Assembly: GCA_013289165.1 (NCBI GenBank)
Contig: JABDAL010000002.1
Location: 3,278 to 67,277, forward strand
Direction: 5' to 3'
DNA from: Bacteroidota bacterium
GTDB taxonomy: Bacteria > Bacteroidota > Bacteroidia > JABEUT01
Length of the DNA: 64,000 nt
Part shown: in pieces, positions 27,562 to 39,900 of the stretch
How positions within the stretch are numbered: the first letter of the stretch is position 1
Layout of the letters: each line of letters opens with the position of its first letter
Notes under the pieces: generated by a model
Databases searched by the model: none
Told to the model about the DNA's origin: nothing
The model's input: the letters and a program-made list of their open reading frames with translations, nothing else
Program-made: the position numbers and the translations under genes

Positions 27562-28320
27562 ATGCGTTATTTTCTTCAGCTTTCTTTTAAGGGAACAGGC
27601 TACCACGGATGGCAGGAGCAAAGTAATTCACCGGACACTATACAGGAAATTTGCAACAATGCCCTTTCTAAGGTACTTAATCACCCTGTTAAATTGGCAG
27701 GGGCAGGGCGCACAGACACGGGCGTACATGCCGAACAATTCTTTGCACATTTCGATTCACCAATGAAGAATTTGGCTGAGGAGAAAAAAAAATGGTTATA
27801 TAAATTTAACTCTACTACCCCTTTCAGCATTGCTTTCCAGGATATTTTAAAAGTGAAACCGGATGCCCATGCCCGGTTTGATGCAATAGCAAGAACCTAC
27901 CGGTATGATATTTATACCCGCAAAAATCCTTTTCTTTATACTAATGCCTTGTTTTATCCTTATCCCCTAGATATATCTGCTATGAATAAGGCTTGTGCCA
28001 CTTTGAAACAATATAGGGATTTTTCAAGTTTTAAAAAAACACAATCCAATAATAAAACCGATTATTGTATTATCAAATCAGCGCACTGGGAAATGCAAGG
28101 TGATAAATTATCCTTCACAATTACTGCCGACAGATTTCTGCGAAACATGGTAAGGGCCATTGTGGGCACTATGCTGAATGTGGGAACCGGGAAATATTCT
28201 CATGCTGATTTTTGCAAAATAGTTGAAGGTAAAAACCGCTCTCATGCAGGCGCTTCGGTTGCTGCCTGCGGACTATACCTGGCTTCCATTGAATATCCTC
28301 CCGAAATATTCATGCCATAA
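27562..28320 (+). CDS. truA: tRNA pseudouridine(38-40) synthase
   Basis: [11 protein letters not shown] catalytic motif and a 252-aa length. Confidence 0.85.
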   Translation: MRYFLQLSFKGTGYHGWQEQSNSPDTIQEICNNALSKVLNHPVKLAGAGRTDTGVHAEQFFAHFDSPMKNLAEEKKKWLYKFNSTTPFSIAFQDILKVKPDAHARFDAIARTYRYDIYTRKNPFLYTNALFYPYPLDISAMNKACATLKQYRDFSSFKKTQSNNKTDYCIIKSAHWEMQGDKLSFTITADRFLRNMVRAIVGTMLNVGTGKYSHADFCKIVEGKNRSHAGASVAACGLYLASIEYPPEIFMP

Positions 28321-28321
28321 C

Positions 28322-29371
28322 ATGTATAAGAAACTACTTCGCCCCATATTGTTCTTATTTTCCCCGGAAACAAGCCACCACATTGTCGCTACACTTCTGA
28401 AGGCAGGGGCAATTATACCATTTTTAAATCCTCTTGTTAGAAAAATATTTTGTATTAATTCACCGGAGCTTGCAACAGAAGTAGCGGGCATTAAGTTTGC
28501 AAATCCGGTAGGGCTTGCAGCAGGTTTCGATAAAAATGCATTAGTATATAAAGAAATGGGCAACCTCGGTTTTGGATTTGTAGAAATCGGTACGGTAACA
28601 CCGCTGCCACAACCCGGAAACGCCAAACCCCGTTTGTTCCGGCTATCCCAAGATGAAGCATTGATTAATCGTATGGGGTTTAATAATGATGGAGTAGAAA
28701 AAATTGCAACTCGGCTCCATAAAAAGAATGCAGGAATTATTATTGGTGGTAACATTGGGAAAAATAAGGATGTCCCCAATGAAGAAGCTCACCGGGATTT
28801 CGAAAAATGTTTTGAAGTACTTTTCGATTATGTAGATTATTTTGTAGTAAATGTGAGTTCTCCCAATACTCCCGGATTGCGAAGTCTCCAGGAAAAGGAG
28901 CCTCTTACTCGATTGCTCACTAATTTACAAGGCAAAAATAAAATGCATCCTGCACCCAAGCCTATCTTTCTAAAAATTGCTCCCGATATAAATAACGAAC
29001 AATTAGATGATATTATTGAAATTGTAAAAAACTGCCAGATAAGTGGAGTAATAGCAACGAACACAACCATTTCCCGTGACGAACTAAAATCAGATACTAC
29101 TCCTCTTGGAAACGGTGGGCTAAGCGGGAAACCTCTTTTAAAGCGATCAACAGAAGTTGTAAAATATATTTTTGAAAAATCAGCAGGCAATATTCCCATT
29201 ATAGCTTCCGGAGGCATTCATTCTGTAGAAGATGCACTGGAAAAACTGGAAGCAGGAGCAAGTTTACTCCAACTCTATACCGGGTTTATCTATGAAGGCC
29301 CTGCATTAGTAAAAAAAATCAATAAGGAGCTTTTACGAAGAAGAAGATCATCACACTTTAAGCGTTATTAA
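28322..29371 (+). CDS. pyrD: Dihydroorotate dehydrogenase (quinone), class 2
   Basis: [23 protein letters not shown] and IIASGGI motifs. The start is probably MYKKLL at 28322; the track ORF begins at 28223, inside truA. Confidence 0.85.
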   Translation: MYKKLLRPILFLFSPETSHHIVATLLKAGAIIPFLNPLVRKIFCINSPELATEVAGIKFANPVGLAAGFDKNALVYKEMGNLGFGFVEIGTVTPLPQPGNAKPRLFRLSQDEALINRMGFNNDGVEKIATRLHKKNAGIIIGGNIGKNKDVPNEEAHRDFEKCFEVLFDYVDYFVVNVSSPNTPGLRSLQEKEPLTRLLTNLQGKNKMHPAPKPIFLKIAPDINNEQLDDIIEIVKNCQISGVIATNTTISRDELKSDTTPLGNGGLSGKPLLKRSTEVVKYIFEKSAGNIPIIASGGIHSVEDALEKLEAGASLLQLYTGFIYEGPALVKKINKELLRRRRSSHFKRY

Positions 29372-30202
29372 ATGATTTGCTTTCCAAATGCTAAGATTAA
29401 TATCGGCCTTAACGTTATAGAAAAACGTGAAGATGGATACCACAACATTGAAAGCATTTTTTATCCCATTCACTGGTGCGACGCATTGGAAGTACTGCCA
29501 TCAGAAGGTAGCGGTAAGTTAGACCTGGCTATCCTTGGGATGCCCGTTCCCGGCTCTGCAGAATCAAACCTTTGTACTAAAGTTTATAATCTTCTTCATG
29601 AAAAGTATCTACTTCCTTCACTAAAGTTATGGCTACTAAAATGTATCCCAATGGGCGCCGGATTAGGCGGAGGTTCTTCTGACGCTGCATTTTTTCTTAC
29701 TTTATTAAATGATTTTTTTAAACTCAATTTAAGTTATGACGAACTAAAAATATATTCTTCTACAATAGGGAGCGACTGTACTTTTTTCCTGGATAACAAA
29801 CCGGCTTCGATAACCGGAAAAGGAGATATATCAATGCCTATTGAATTAGACTTGAGTAACTATTATATTTCTATTGTTTATCCAGCCATCCATGTAGATA
29901 CTAAAAATGCATATAGCCTCATTACACCAAAGAAAAGCTCATACTCATTAAAAGAAACCATACTAAATTTACCTGTTTACAAATGGAAAGAAAAGGTAAT
30001 AAATGATTTTGAAAGCCCTGTATTCGCTGCCTATCCTGAGTTAGCTAATATAAAGAAGATGATATATGATAAAGGTGCTCTATATGTATCGATGACTGGT
30101 AGCGGTTCAGCACTTTATGGTATTTTTGAGGAAAAACCGGACCTTGAGGATATATTTCCAGAATACAAAGTGTGGACAGCCTCAATTAAAAAAGCTTTAT
30201 GA
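29372..30202 (+). CDS. ispE: 4-diphosphocytidyl-2-C-methyl-D-erythritol kinase
   Basis: GHMP kinase motifs (KINIGLNV, PMGAGLGGGSSDAA). It starts immediately after the pyrD stop. Confidence 0.85.
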   Translation: MICFPNAKINIGLNVIEKREDGYHNIESIFYPIHWCDALEVLPSEGSGKLDLAILGMPVPGSAESNLCTKVYNLLHEKYLLPSLKLWLLKCIPMGAGLGGGSSDAAFFLTLLNDFFKLNLSYDELKIYSSTIGSDCTFFLDNKPASITGKGDISMPIELDLSNYYISIVYPAIHVDTKNAYSLITPKKSSYSLKETILNLPVYKWKEKVINDFESPVFAAYPELANIKKMIYDKGALYVSMTGSGSALYGIFEEKPDLEDIFPEYKVWTASIKKAL

Positions 30203-31452
30203 GAAGTATTTATAATCTGGGCGTACGCTTTTATGGATTCTGCATTTTTGTAGCGAGCTTTTTTAATGATAAAGCCAATAAATGGAGAGTTGGAAGAAAA
30301 GATATATTCAAAAAACTTAAAGATGCCTTTAAAGATTCTCCTGCCCCAATAGCGTGGTTTCATTGTGCATCAATGGGAGAATTTGAACAAGGCAGACCGG
30401 TTATAGAAGCATTTAAAACGAAATTTCCTTCTTATAAAATACTATTAACATTTTTTTCTCCGTCCGGATATGAGGTACAAAAAAACTATAAGGAGGCTGA
30501 CTATGTTTTTTATCTCCCACTCGATACTCCTAATGGAGCAAAACAGTTTATTAAAATTGTAAACCCGACTATCGCCATTTTTGTAAAATATGAGTTTTGG
30601 CATAATTACCTGAATGCATTGAAAAATAAAGGAATCCCAACCTTTCTCATCTCTGCTAAATTTAGGGAAGACCAGTATTTCTTTAAATCCATGGGCATAT
30701 GGTTCAGGGAATCTCTACGTTTTTATAACAAACTATTTGTCCAGGATGAAAACTCGAAAGTATTGCTAAAAAAATTCGGAATAAATAATGTCATAGCCTG
30801 TGGAGATACTAGATTTGACCGTGTAATCTATATCATGGAGCAGCCTTACTCCAATACAGTAATCGAACAATTTAAAAATAACGAGCTACTTTGGATTTGC
30901 GGCAGCACATGGAAGGAAGATGAAAAGATCATATTTCCTATATTTAAAAAACTGCTTGCCACCGGACAAAAAATAAAATTGCTGCTTGTACCTCATGATG
31001 TGAGTGAGGAAAGAATAAGCACCCTTAAAAATAAATATCCTTCAACCGTTTTATATTCCCAGTCAGAAAAAGAAAATATTGGCTCTGCGAACATTATGAT
31101 TGTAGATAAAATGGGTATTCTATCCTATTTATATCGATATGCAGATATTGCGTACATTGGAGGAGGATTTGGTAAAGGAATACATAATCTTACCGAAGCT
31201 GCTGTATACGGAATCCCTGTACTATTTGGACCTAACCACCAGAAATTTAATGAAGCCGATGAGCTTATCAAAAGAAGTGGAGGATTTTCCATCACTTCCT
31301 CACCTGAACTAGAATCTGCTGTAACAAAACTATTCAGCGATCCGACATACAGAAAAAAATGTGGTGCAGCAGCAGCTTCCTATATTTTGAGCGGAAGGGG
31401 AGCAACAGAGAAAATCATCTCCGAAATTGCAGAAATAATTAATCGCGGTTAA
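30199..31452 (+). CDS. waaA: 3-deoxy-D-manno-octulosonic acid (Kdo) transferase
   Basis: N-terminal Kdo-transferase domain (WFHCASMGEFEQGRPVIE) plus a GT-B C-terminal domain. Its ATGA start overlaps ispE. Confidence 0.8.
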   Translation: MRSIYNLGVRFYGFCIFVASFFNDKANKWRVGRKDIFKKLKDAFKDSPAPIAWFHCASMGEFEQGRPVIEAFKTKFPSYKILLTFFSPSGYEVQKNYKEADYVFYLPLDTPNGAKQFIKIVNPTIAIFVKYEFWHNYLNALKNKGIPTFLISAKFREDQYFFKSMGIWFRESLRFYNKLFVQDENSKVLLKKFGINNVIACGDTRFDRVIYIMEQPYSNTVIEQFKNNELLWICGSTWKEDEKIIFPIFKKLLATGQKIKLLLVPHDVSEERISTLKNKYPSTVLYSQSEKENIGSANIMIVDKMGILSYLYRYADIAYIGGGFGKGIHNLTEAAVYGIPVLFGPNHQKFNEADELIKRSGGFSITSSPELESAVTKLFSDPTYRKKCGAAAASYILSGRGATEKIISEIAEIINRG

Positions 31453-32114
31453 AATCCTCCCGGAGGCTGGCCTGCAGAGTTATCAACCTTTGGGCATTTA
31501 TTTTTTTCATTAAATACATATTTCAACCCGAGCCTGAATTCAAAATCATGTTGGCTTACTATAGTTGTTCCCTGGAAATTGCCATTAAATGAGGGCGAGA
31601 TATCTCTGTTATAAAAAGCTTCAGCAAAAGGTTTGATATGAGAATAAGAATACAATTCAAATCCAACTCCCCCAGCAGCAGACAAGTGCAGTGGACTCAT
31701 CCCATTTATTACATCAGGATAAACTGCAGCCTTACGATTAAGGAGGTATTCCACTCGGGGACCAACAAGACCATATACTTTAAAATATACAAACTCATAC
31801 GTGTATTTCAGGTAATTATTAAGCGAAATATAATTAGTAGTATTCGTATAATTTTCTCCTGACACAGCTTCTTTCGTCCCCAATCCATTATACATAATCT
31901 CTGCTCTCCAATTAAACGCTGTGCCCCGAAAAAACTCTGCAAGCACAGCACCATTGGGACCTAAAAGATATTTTTCTTTGGTTTGATATTGTTCGGCTGT
32001 CCATGTTTCTTTGCCATAGCTTACTCCGGCTGCAATCCCTAACGAATAAAGAAATTGCGCCCTTATAAGGGAATTTATAAAAACAAAAACAATTATTATG
32101 CCTATTTTCTTCAT
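31449..32114 (-). CDS. Outer-membrane beta-barrel protein (porin/OmpW-like)
   Basis: Signal peptide, alternating amphipathic beta strands, and a C-terminal aromatic residue. Confidence 0.45.
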   Translation of the reverse strand: MKKIGIIIVFVFINSLIRAQFLYSLGIAAGVSYGKETWTAEQYQTKEKYLLGPNGAVLAEFFRGTAFNWRAEIMYNGLGTKEAVSGENYTNTTNYISLNNYLKYTYEFVYFKVYGLVGPRVEYLLNRKAAVYPDVINGMSPLHLSAAGGVGFELYSYSHIKPFAEAFYNRDISPSFNGNFQGTTIVSQHDFEFRLGLKYVFNEKNKCPKVDNSAGQPPGGF

Positions 32115-32120
32115 AATATT

Positions 32121-33002
32121 TTAAATGCTCATTGCTTCGACATCGGGAGATATTTTTTTTACCAGGCCTTGCAACACTTTACCCGGGCCTACTTCATAAT
32201 ATTGGGTTCCTCCATCGGTAGTCATTCTTTGTATAGTTTGCGTCCACCTTACCGGGGCGGTAAGGTGGGCTACCAGGTTCCGTTTTATTGCTTCCGCTTC
32301 AGTTTCGGGAGATGCATTAACATTTTGATAAACCGGGCAAACAGGTTTAGTAAACGTAGTAGCCTCAATAGCTTTCGAAAGTTCAACCCGCGCAGGTTCC
32401 ATAAGTGGAGAATGAAAAGCTCCACCAACAGGAAGAATCAATGCCCGCTTAGCACCTGCTGCTTTTAATAACTCACATGCCTTTGTAACTCCGGATATAG
32501 TACCTGAAATAACCAATTGACCCGGACAATTATAATTGGCAGGAACTACCACATCATCTTTTATAGAAGCACATACTTCTTCCACTTTACTGTCATCTAA
32601 ACCCAGCACAGTAGCCATAGTAGAAGGTGTAGCTTCACAGGCTCTTTGCATAGCCATAGCACGCTGATAAACCAATTTCAACCCATCTTCAAAACTAATT
32701 GCACCCACAGCAGTAAGTGCAGAAAATTCCCCAAGCGAATGCCCTGCCGCCATATCCGGTTTAAAGTTCTCGCCTTGCTGGAAAGCAAGAATAACCGAGT
32801 GAAGGAAAATAGCAGGCTGGGTAATCCTGGTTTGTTTTAAATCTTCATCTGTTCCTTCAAACATAGTATCTGTTATACGAAATCCAAGAACAAAGTTTCC
32901 TTTTTCAAAAAAATCTTTTGCAAGAGAAGAACTTTCGTATAACTCCTTCCCCATTCCTTTGTATTGCGACCCCTGACCGGGAAATATATATGCCTTTTTC
33001 AT
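32121..33002 (-). CDS. fabD: Malonyl CoA-acyl carrier protein transacylase
   Basis: GQGSQ and GHSLGEFSAL active-site motifs. Confidence 0.9.
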   Translation of the reverse strand: MKKAYIFPGQGSQYKGMGKELYESSSLAKDFFEKGNFVLGFRITDTMFEGTDEDLKQTRITQPAIFLHSVILAFQQGENFKPDMAAGHSLGEFSALTAVGAISFEDGLKLVYQRAMAMQRACEATPSTMATVLGLDDSKVEEVCASIKDDVVVPANYNCPGQLVISGTISGVTKACELLKAAGAKRALILPVGGAFHSPLMEPARVELSKAIEATTFTKPVCPVYQNVNASPETEAEAIKRNLVAHLTAPVRWTQTIQRMTTDGGTQYYEVGPGKVLQGLVKKISPDVEAMSI

Positions 33003-33037
33003 GTTAACATTTTTTTTAGGTTGGCAAATTTAGAAAT

Positions 33038-34444
33038 CTATTTTCGATGCAGCAAAGCAACATTCTCAACGTGAGAAGTATGAGGGAACATATCAAAGGG
33101 CTGTATAATTTTAACCGAATACTTTTCTTTCATTAAAGCAATATCCCTAGCCTGTGTAGAAGGATTGCAACTTACGTAAATGATTTTCTTAGGCTCCATT
33201 TTTAATATAGCATTCACAACATCCGGATGCATCCCACCACGTGGAGGGTCAGTTATGATTACATCAGGTATCCCATTATGCCGGCAAAATTCTTCAGTCA
33301 ACATCCCCTGCATATCGCCCGCAAAAAATTGTACATTATTTATTTTATTTAATTCGGCATTCAGCTTCGCATTAGCTACGGCCTGTTCCACATATTCAAT
33401 TCCGATAACCGAAGCAGATTCAGCAGCTACAAATGAGGCAATAGTTCCACAACCGGTATATAAGTCGTAGACTATCTCTTCACCCGTTAACTCTGCCCAT
33501 TCACTTACTTTTCTATATAAAGCATTCGCCTGGTCTGTACTAGTTTGAAAAAAAGATTGCGGGGAAATACGAAATTTTAAAATATCCCCATTATTTCTCG
33601 TCAATTCTTCTGCAATATATTCCTTACCTGCATAAACCACTGCCGGAAGGTCATTAAAGCTATCATTTTTCTTAGGATTAATGATATATTGCAAAGAGGT
33701 TATTTCTGAAAAATTCTCAGCAATATGCTTTAGTAGTTTCTCACGCAACACCTTATCGTCTTTAAAAAATACAAATACCACCATCACTTCTCCCCTACTC
33801 GTATTCCGGACCATTACATTTCGCAAAAAACCCTCCTGGGCATTTATATCGAAAAAGGGCATATTTTCTTTTATTGCAAACTGTCTTATTTCATTCCGGA
33901 TGGAGTTTGAAGGAGCAGGCTGTAAATAACATTCGTGTAAATCGAGTACTTTATCAAATAGTCCCGGAATATGGAATCCCAATCCTGGCTGATTAAAATT
34001 GGCTGTATTTCCCATTTCTTCATGTGTAAGCCAACGCTTCGCAGAGAAAGTAAACTCCAACTTATTCCTGTATTTATAAATATTTGCAGAAGGAACGATA
34101 GGTAATTTCAGCTCTACATCTATCTTTCCAATACGTTCAAAAGCATCTTCCACGTGTTTTTGCTTAAATGCTGTTTGTTTTTCATAGTCAAGGTTCTGCC
34201 AACTGCATCCTCCGCATACTCCAAAATGGCTACAAACAGGCTTAACACGCATGGGCGATAATTTTTTAACAGAAATAATCCGCCCCATAGCATATTTCTT
34301 CTTCTTTTTTACAATTTTTATATCCGCTATATCGCCCGGAACAAGCCCTTTTACAAAAATTACTCTTTCATTATGCCGTACTAAAGCATTCCCCCCTTCC
34401 CCGGTATCTATCGCTTCTGCATTTTCTATAATTTCGTGTACCAT
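33038..34444 (-). CDS. rlmD: 23S rRNA (uracil-5-)-methyltransferase, RumA/RlmD family
   Basis: TRAM domain, a Cys cluster (CSHFGVCGGCSWQ) and a class I SAM methyltransferase domain (DLYTGCGTI). Confidence 0.8.
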   Translation of the reverse strand: MVHEIIENAEAIDTGEGGNALVRHNERVIFVKGLVPGDIADIKIVKKKKKYAMGRIISVKKLSPMRVKPVCSHFGVCGGCSWQNLDYEKQTAFKQKHVEDAFERIGKIDVELKLPIVPSANIYKYRNKLEFTFSAKRWLTHEEMGNTANFNQPGLGFHIPGLFDKVLDLHECYLQPAPSNSIRNEIRQFAIKENMPFFDINAQEGFLRNVMVRNTSRGEVMVVFVFFKDDKVLREKLLKHIAENFSEITSLQYIINPKKNDSFNDLPAVVYAGKEYIAEELTRNNGDILKFRISPQSFFQTSTDQANALYRKVSEWAELTGEEIVYDLYTGCGTIASFVAAESASVIGIEYVEQAVANAKLNAELNKINNVQFFAGDMQGMLTEEFCRHNGIPDVIITDPPRGGMHPDVVNAILKMEPKKIIYVSCNPSTQARDIALMKEKYSVKIIQPFDMFPHTSHVENVALLHRK

Positions 34445-34513
34445 ACTTTTCTTTGGAATGATGTACCAAATATGGGTTATTATTTCTAACTTCGCATAGA
34501 TAAAAAATAAAAA

Positions 34514-35752
34514 ATGGTAACATTAGCTGTTCGAAAGAATAAAGCAGGAAGGGTTATTGAGCTTGAACACCAGTATGGAGCACACAATTACCACCCCCTA
34601 CCAGTGGTGCTCGAACGAGGTGAAGGTGTACACGTTTGGGATGTGGAAGGGAAACAATATTATGATTTCTTATCAGCTTACTCTGCCGTTAACCAGGGCC
34701 ATTGTCACCCCAAAATTGTAGATGCCTTGATTAGCCAGGCAAAAAAACTGACTCTTACTTCACGGGCTTTTTATAATGACTCGCTCGGAGAATATGAACA
34801 GTTTATAACCTCATTCTTTAAATACGATAAGGTTTTGCCAATGAATACAGGTGCTGAGGCCGTGGAAACTGCCATTAAGCTCTGCCGGAAGTGGGCATAC
34901 CTGGTAAAAAATATTCCTGAAAATAAAGCCAAAATTATTGCCTGCGAAGGAAATTTTCATGGGCGCACCACTACCATTATCTCCATGAGCAATGATCCGG
35001 ATTCCCGCAAGGATTATGGTCCCTATACTCCGGGGATAGAACTTGTACCCTACAATAATTTGGATGCATTACGCAAAGCCCTTGAGGACCCAAACGTAGC
35101 AGGTTTTCTTGTTGAGCCCATACAAGGGGAAGCGGGCGTAGTAGTACCAGACGAAGGCTATCTGAAAGCTGCATCTGAACTCTGCAAAGAAAGCAACGTT
35201 CTCTTTATAGCTGATGAGGTTCAAACCGGCATTGCCCGTACAGGAGCTTTATTAGCTTGTGACCATGAAAATGTCCGGCCTGATGTCCTTATACTCGGTA
35301 AAGCCCTTTCAGGTGGGGTTTACCCTATCTCTGCTGTGCTGGCAGATAACCCAATAATGCTCTGCATAAAACCCAACGAACATGGTTCTACCTTTGGAGG
35401 AAACCCGCTGGCAGCCCGTGTAGCTATTGCAGCGTTGGAAGTAGTAGCAGATGAAAATCTATCTGAAAATGCTGCCCAAATGGGAGAACTTTTCAGGAAT
35501 GAATTAAATAAAATCACTTCTGAACGGATTGAACTTATACGTGGGAGAGGATTGCTAAATGCTATTGTAATAAAACCCATGAAAGGCATAACTGCCTGGG
35601 ATATTTGCCTGGCATTAAAAGATAACGGATTGCTTGCCAAGCCTACACATGATCATATTATCCGCTTTGCACCTCCACTCATTATTACGAAAGAACAGAT
35701 TTTGGAAGCTGTGGATATTATTAAAAGAACTATTAAAGGATTTGACAAATAA
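34514..35752 (+). CDS. rocD: Ornithine--oxo-acid aminotransferase
   Basis: [12 protein letters not shown]...[32 protein letters not shown] is the class-III aminotransferase OAT signature. Confidence 0.8.
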   Translation: MVTLAVRKNKAGRVIELEHQYGAHNYHPLPVVLERGEGVHVWDVEGKQYYDFLSAYSAVNQGHCHPKIVDALISQAKKLTLTSRAFYNDSLGEYEQFITSFFKYDKVLPMNTGAEAVETAIKLCRKWAYLVKNIPENKAKIIACEGNFHGRTTTIISMSNDPDSRKDYGPYTPGIELVPYNNLDALRKALEDPNVAGFLVEPIQGEAGVVVPDEGYLKAASELCKESNVLFIADEVQTGIARTGALLACDHENVRPDVLILGKALSGGVYPISAVLADNPIMLCIKPNEHGSTFGGNPLAARVAIAALEVVADENLSENAAQMGELFRNELNKITSERIELIRGRGLLNAIVIKPMKGITAWDICLALKDNGLLAKPTHDHIIRFAPPLIITKEQILEAVDIIKRTIKGFDK

Positions 35753-35759
35753 AATCTAT

Positions 35760-36332
35760 TTATTGTTTAAGCCATTCTTCCGATTTTATAACAGTAGCTT
35801 GTCTTGGAAAAACTTTAGTAGTAAGAATACGATGAACCTCTTCATCCAAATCGGCACAGCAATCAGATAAAACAGTTATACCATAATCTTTGTCTGCTGC
35901 TTCACGCAAGGTAGATAGCACCACCCCGCTTGTTGAAATGCCGGTAAGCACAATATGTTTTATTCCCTGTGCCCTCAACACTACTTCTAAGTCGCTACCC
36001 GTAAAGGCACTAACCCGCCTTTTGGTCACCACTATATCGCTATCCAGTGGAGTTACTCCAGCATAAACCCGGAATCCTGTTTCAGCATCAATAGTGAACG
36101 TTTTATTATTTTTTATAGCTGAAAAGGACTTATTGGCAGGGCTTACTTCCGGGAATCCCGGGCGGAACGCAATTATCACATAAATAACCGGAATGTTATT
36201 GGCGTGGGCAGTTTCGATAGTTTTAACAAGAGAAGCTATAAGCGCATTGCTTTCCGGCAGCATTTTTATGGTGATGTTTTGGATATCCATCACTAATAAT
36301 GCAGAATGTTGTTGATTCGTATTTTGTTCCAT
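35760..36332 (-). CDS. Isochorismatase-family cysteine hydrolase
   Basis: ALLVMDIQN... and ...VLTGISTSGVV motifs. The likely start is MEQNTN at 36332; the track ORF extends to 36503. Confidence 0.7.
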   Translation of the reverse strand: MEQNTNQQHSALLVMDIQNITIKMLPESNALIASLVKTIETAHANNIPVIYVIIAFRPGFPEVSPANKSFSAIKNNKTFTIDAETGFRVYAGVTPLDSDIVVTKRRVSAFTGSDLEVVLRAQGIKHIVLTGISTSGVVLSTLREAADKDYGITVLSDCCADLDEEVHRILTTKVFPRQATVIKSEEWLKQ

Positions 36333-36427
36333 AATTTGCTTTTTGGTTACTGTTTTTAAGGTTTTCAAATGTATGAATAACCACAGAACGATTTTATTTA
36401 TACATTTGTATAAACCTAAAATATACA

Positions 36428-36924
36428 TGGAAATAGTTTCTTCCATGCCCCCTGACTCTCCCAGAGTACGTGGCGCTTTTTTGACCGTTATTTGTATCCT
36501 CACCTTTATTGGCAGCGGATGGGGAATTATTAAATCAATTACCCGCTATGCTGGAGCAGATACTATTGCAGCCCTTGCCAGTGAAGCTATAAAGGATGCA
36601 GGAGCCAATGTGGAAGAACAGAATGCCCGTAGTTTTGCAAAACTACTTATGAACTCAGCTGCAGAAAGTCTAAACGCAGATAACATTCGAAAATCTGCCA
36701 TCTTTGAATTTCTATCTAATATTCTTACCTTAGGTGGTGCCATTCTGATGTGGAACCGGAAAAAGATTGGATTTTATATGTATATCGCCGGAATACTTGT
36801 GCTTATAGCAGTGCCTTTTGCTATGGGAAGATTGCTAGGTGCCATAGGCGCAAGTTTTATAGGATTCATCGGTGTAGTTTTTATCGTCATGTATGCAGTA
36901 AACCTGAAATACATGAACAAATAA
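36428..36924 (+). CDS. Hypothetical membrane protein
   Basis: Three to four TM helices. The likely start is MEIVSS at 36428. Confidence 0.4.
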
Positions 36925-36949
36925 AAATACAATTTACCCCGGCTCCCTG

Positions 36950-39900
36950 CTAATGGGACGGAAGGACTTTAATCCTGTTTTTCCATTTAATATCGTACTC
37001 TGCTACTAAGGCCTTTTCTTTCACTTGAGCCTTTGCTACCTCACCTTCTAATAGTCCAATATTTTCCAATTGCAGGTTTGACGGCCTTTCTTCCTGGTAA
37101 CATACGGTAGCGTATACTTTAGTTATACGTTCTCTCAGTCTTTCTTCGTCAGCAAATATGGATGTTTTTGTGTTAGCCATCAGCCTGCCTTTAAAGGCTT
37201 TCAGTGTATCAAGGAACACATGAAGTTTTTTGTTTGATTTATCATTATCAGCCATTGCTTTCACAGCGTCAATGGTGACATTAATACTATCTGCAACTGA
37301 GGCAAGAGACTCATGTATTTGCATACACCTCATAGCCGCATCATATTGAGCTTTGCGGTCATCATCGGTCATCTTTCCATTGTTGCTGGCAACCACGTTT
37401 ATATTTTCACTATAGGTAGAATCTCCAACAAAAAGTTTTACCGTATATATTCCGGGCAAAACCATAGGCGCAACAAAACTTCCTCCATCAGGTTTTGTTC
37501 CTCCTACCGCTGTCTTTGGCCCTTTAATACGCATATCCCAATATACTTTATTCAACCCCTTGCGTTTGGTACCCGTGATTTCTTTAAGCATTTTTCCATT
37601 CGCATCAAAAACTTTGACTGTTACATCCCCGGTCATGATCCGTTTTTTGAAATAGTATTGAATGGGAGGAATTTGATCCGAATTCCTAGAATACCAGCCA
37701 TCATGTTCCGGAAAAGCACCTTCATATTTTCCGTATGTAAGTTCCATTTTATTAATAGGGTATAAAAAAACATCTTTATTAGCAATCTGTAAAGACATAT
37801 TACGAATGGGGGTAATATCATCTACAATAATAATGCCTCTGCCATGTGTAGCCAGGATTAAATCATTTGTCCTTGGATGAATCTTAATATCCCTTACAAG
37901 GCAATAATCGGGTATATGATTTTTCATTCGGAACCAATTCTCACCACCATCTATGCTACAAAACAACCCTCTTTCAGTACCCAGGAATAACAGGTTCTTA
38001 TTTTTTAAATCCTCTTTTATTTTATTAGCAAAGCCGGTAAACTCGCTACTGTTAATACGAGTCCATGTATTGCCTAAATCTGTAGACTTAGCAAGATAGG
38101 TATTGAAATCACCATATGTATGGTTGTCGAAAGTAGCATATAAAATGTTCTTATCAAACTGCGAGGGTTCAATACTGGTTACCCAGGTTTGAGCAGGGAT
38201 GCCACATTTCTTCACATTATCCGAAACATTGGTCCATGTTTTACCCCCATCCGTAGTAATCTGTAAGTTACCGTCGTCTGTCCCGGCAAAAATGTAGTTT
38301 GCATCAAAAGGGCTTTCGGCAACTGTAAAAATTGTACAATGATTTTCGGCTGATGTATTATCCGCACTCAAGCCGCCAGACTCTTCCTGCTTTTGTTTGT
38401 TCTTATCGTTTGTGGTAATGTCGGGAGAAATACGGGTCCATTGCTTTCCCTGGTCCATGGACTTATATAAGTATTGTGCACCCATATATAAATCATGCGG
38501 ATTAGCTGCACCAATATATATAGGCGAATTCCAATTCCACCTTAATTTATCCTCATTCTTAGTTTGTGTAGGCTGAATGGAAACAATCAATCCTGTTTTG
38601 AGATCAACCCGGCCGGCTTCCCCACCCTGGGCTTCCGCATACACCGAATTAGAGTCTGTGGGATCAGGTTGTACCCAAAAGCCGTCGCCTCCATATAAGC
38701 TTCTCCAGTCTCCATTACTTACTCCTCCATACCACTGTGATGGCCCCATCCAACTTCCATTATCCTGCAATCCCCCATACACGTTGTAGGGTTCTTTCAT
38801 ATCATATTGAACGTGGTAAAACTGCCCAACCGGAAGATTTTGAATAAAAGTAAAAGTCAGTCCCCTATCATTACTTAAAAAAACTCCTCCATCTGTGCCT
38901 AACCAAACCTGGTTGGTGTAAAGCGGGTTAATCCAGATAGCATGATGGTCACTATGTACCCAGCCGCCTTCATCACTTGCATCGGTAAAAGAAAAGCCAC
39001 CATCATCACTTACCGACAATTCGAATGCAGGACGATAAACACGCTTATCATCTTTGGGGTCAAAAGCTATCGTACTAAAATAAAAGGGGCGGGCTTCCAC
39101 ATTAAGCGTTGATGCCTGTTTATTCCAACTTTCGCCACCATCTGTACTAACATATAGCTTAGTCTCTTTTGCTTCTACAATGGCAAGTATATGTGTCGGA
39201 TTAGATGGAGAAAGGGCAAGGGCAATACGTCCCAACTCACCTTCCGGCAATCCTTTTGTAATTTTTGTCCATGTTTTTCCACCATCCATTGACTTATACA
39301 TGGAACTTCCTTTTCCACCGGAACTAAATGCGTAAGGTTTACGACGGAATTCCCACATAGCAACAAGCAACTCATCCGGATTTTGGGGATTCATTACTAT
39401 ATCTGCACATCCTGTCTTTTCATCAGTATATAAAACCTTTTGCCAGGTAGTGCCCCCGTCAGTTGACTTATATAACCCACGGTTCTTACTATCACTCCAG
39501 AGCGGACCAGGTACGGCTACATAAATAATTTGTGTATTGGAAGGATTTATCACTATTTTACTAATGTGCTCAGTACTGTCCAATCCAATTTTTGTCCAAT
39601 TGTCACCTCCATCAGTTGTTTTATAAAGGCCATCCCCATAACTTACTGTATTGCGCATATTGCTTTCTCCCGAACCCACATAAACTGTATTCATATCATT
39701 TGGATCCATCGCAATGGCACCAATACTTTGACAATACTTATCGAAAACAGACTTAAAAGATGCCCCTGCATTGGTCGTTTTCCATACCCCGCCACCGGCA
39801 CAACCAATGTAAACGGTCTTACCATCTTTGGCATTTCCTACAATAGCAGTAATACGCCCGCTCATGGTGCCGGGGCCCAGCCAGCGCGCCTGCATCACAT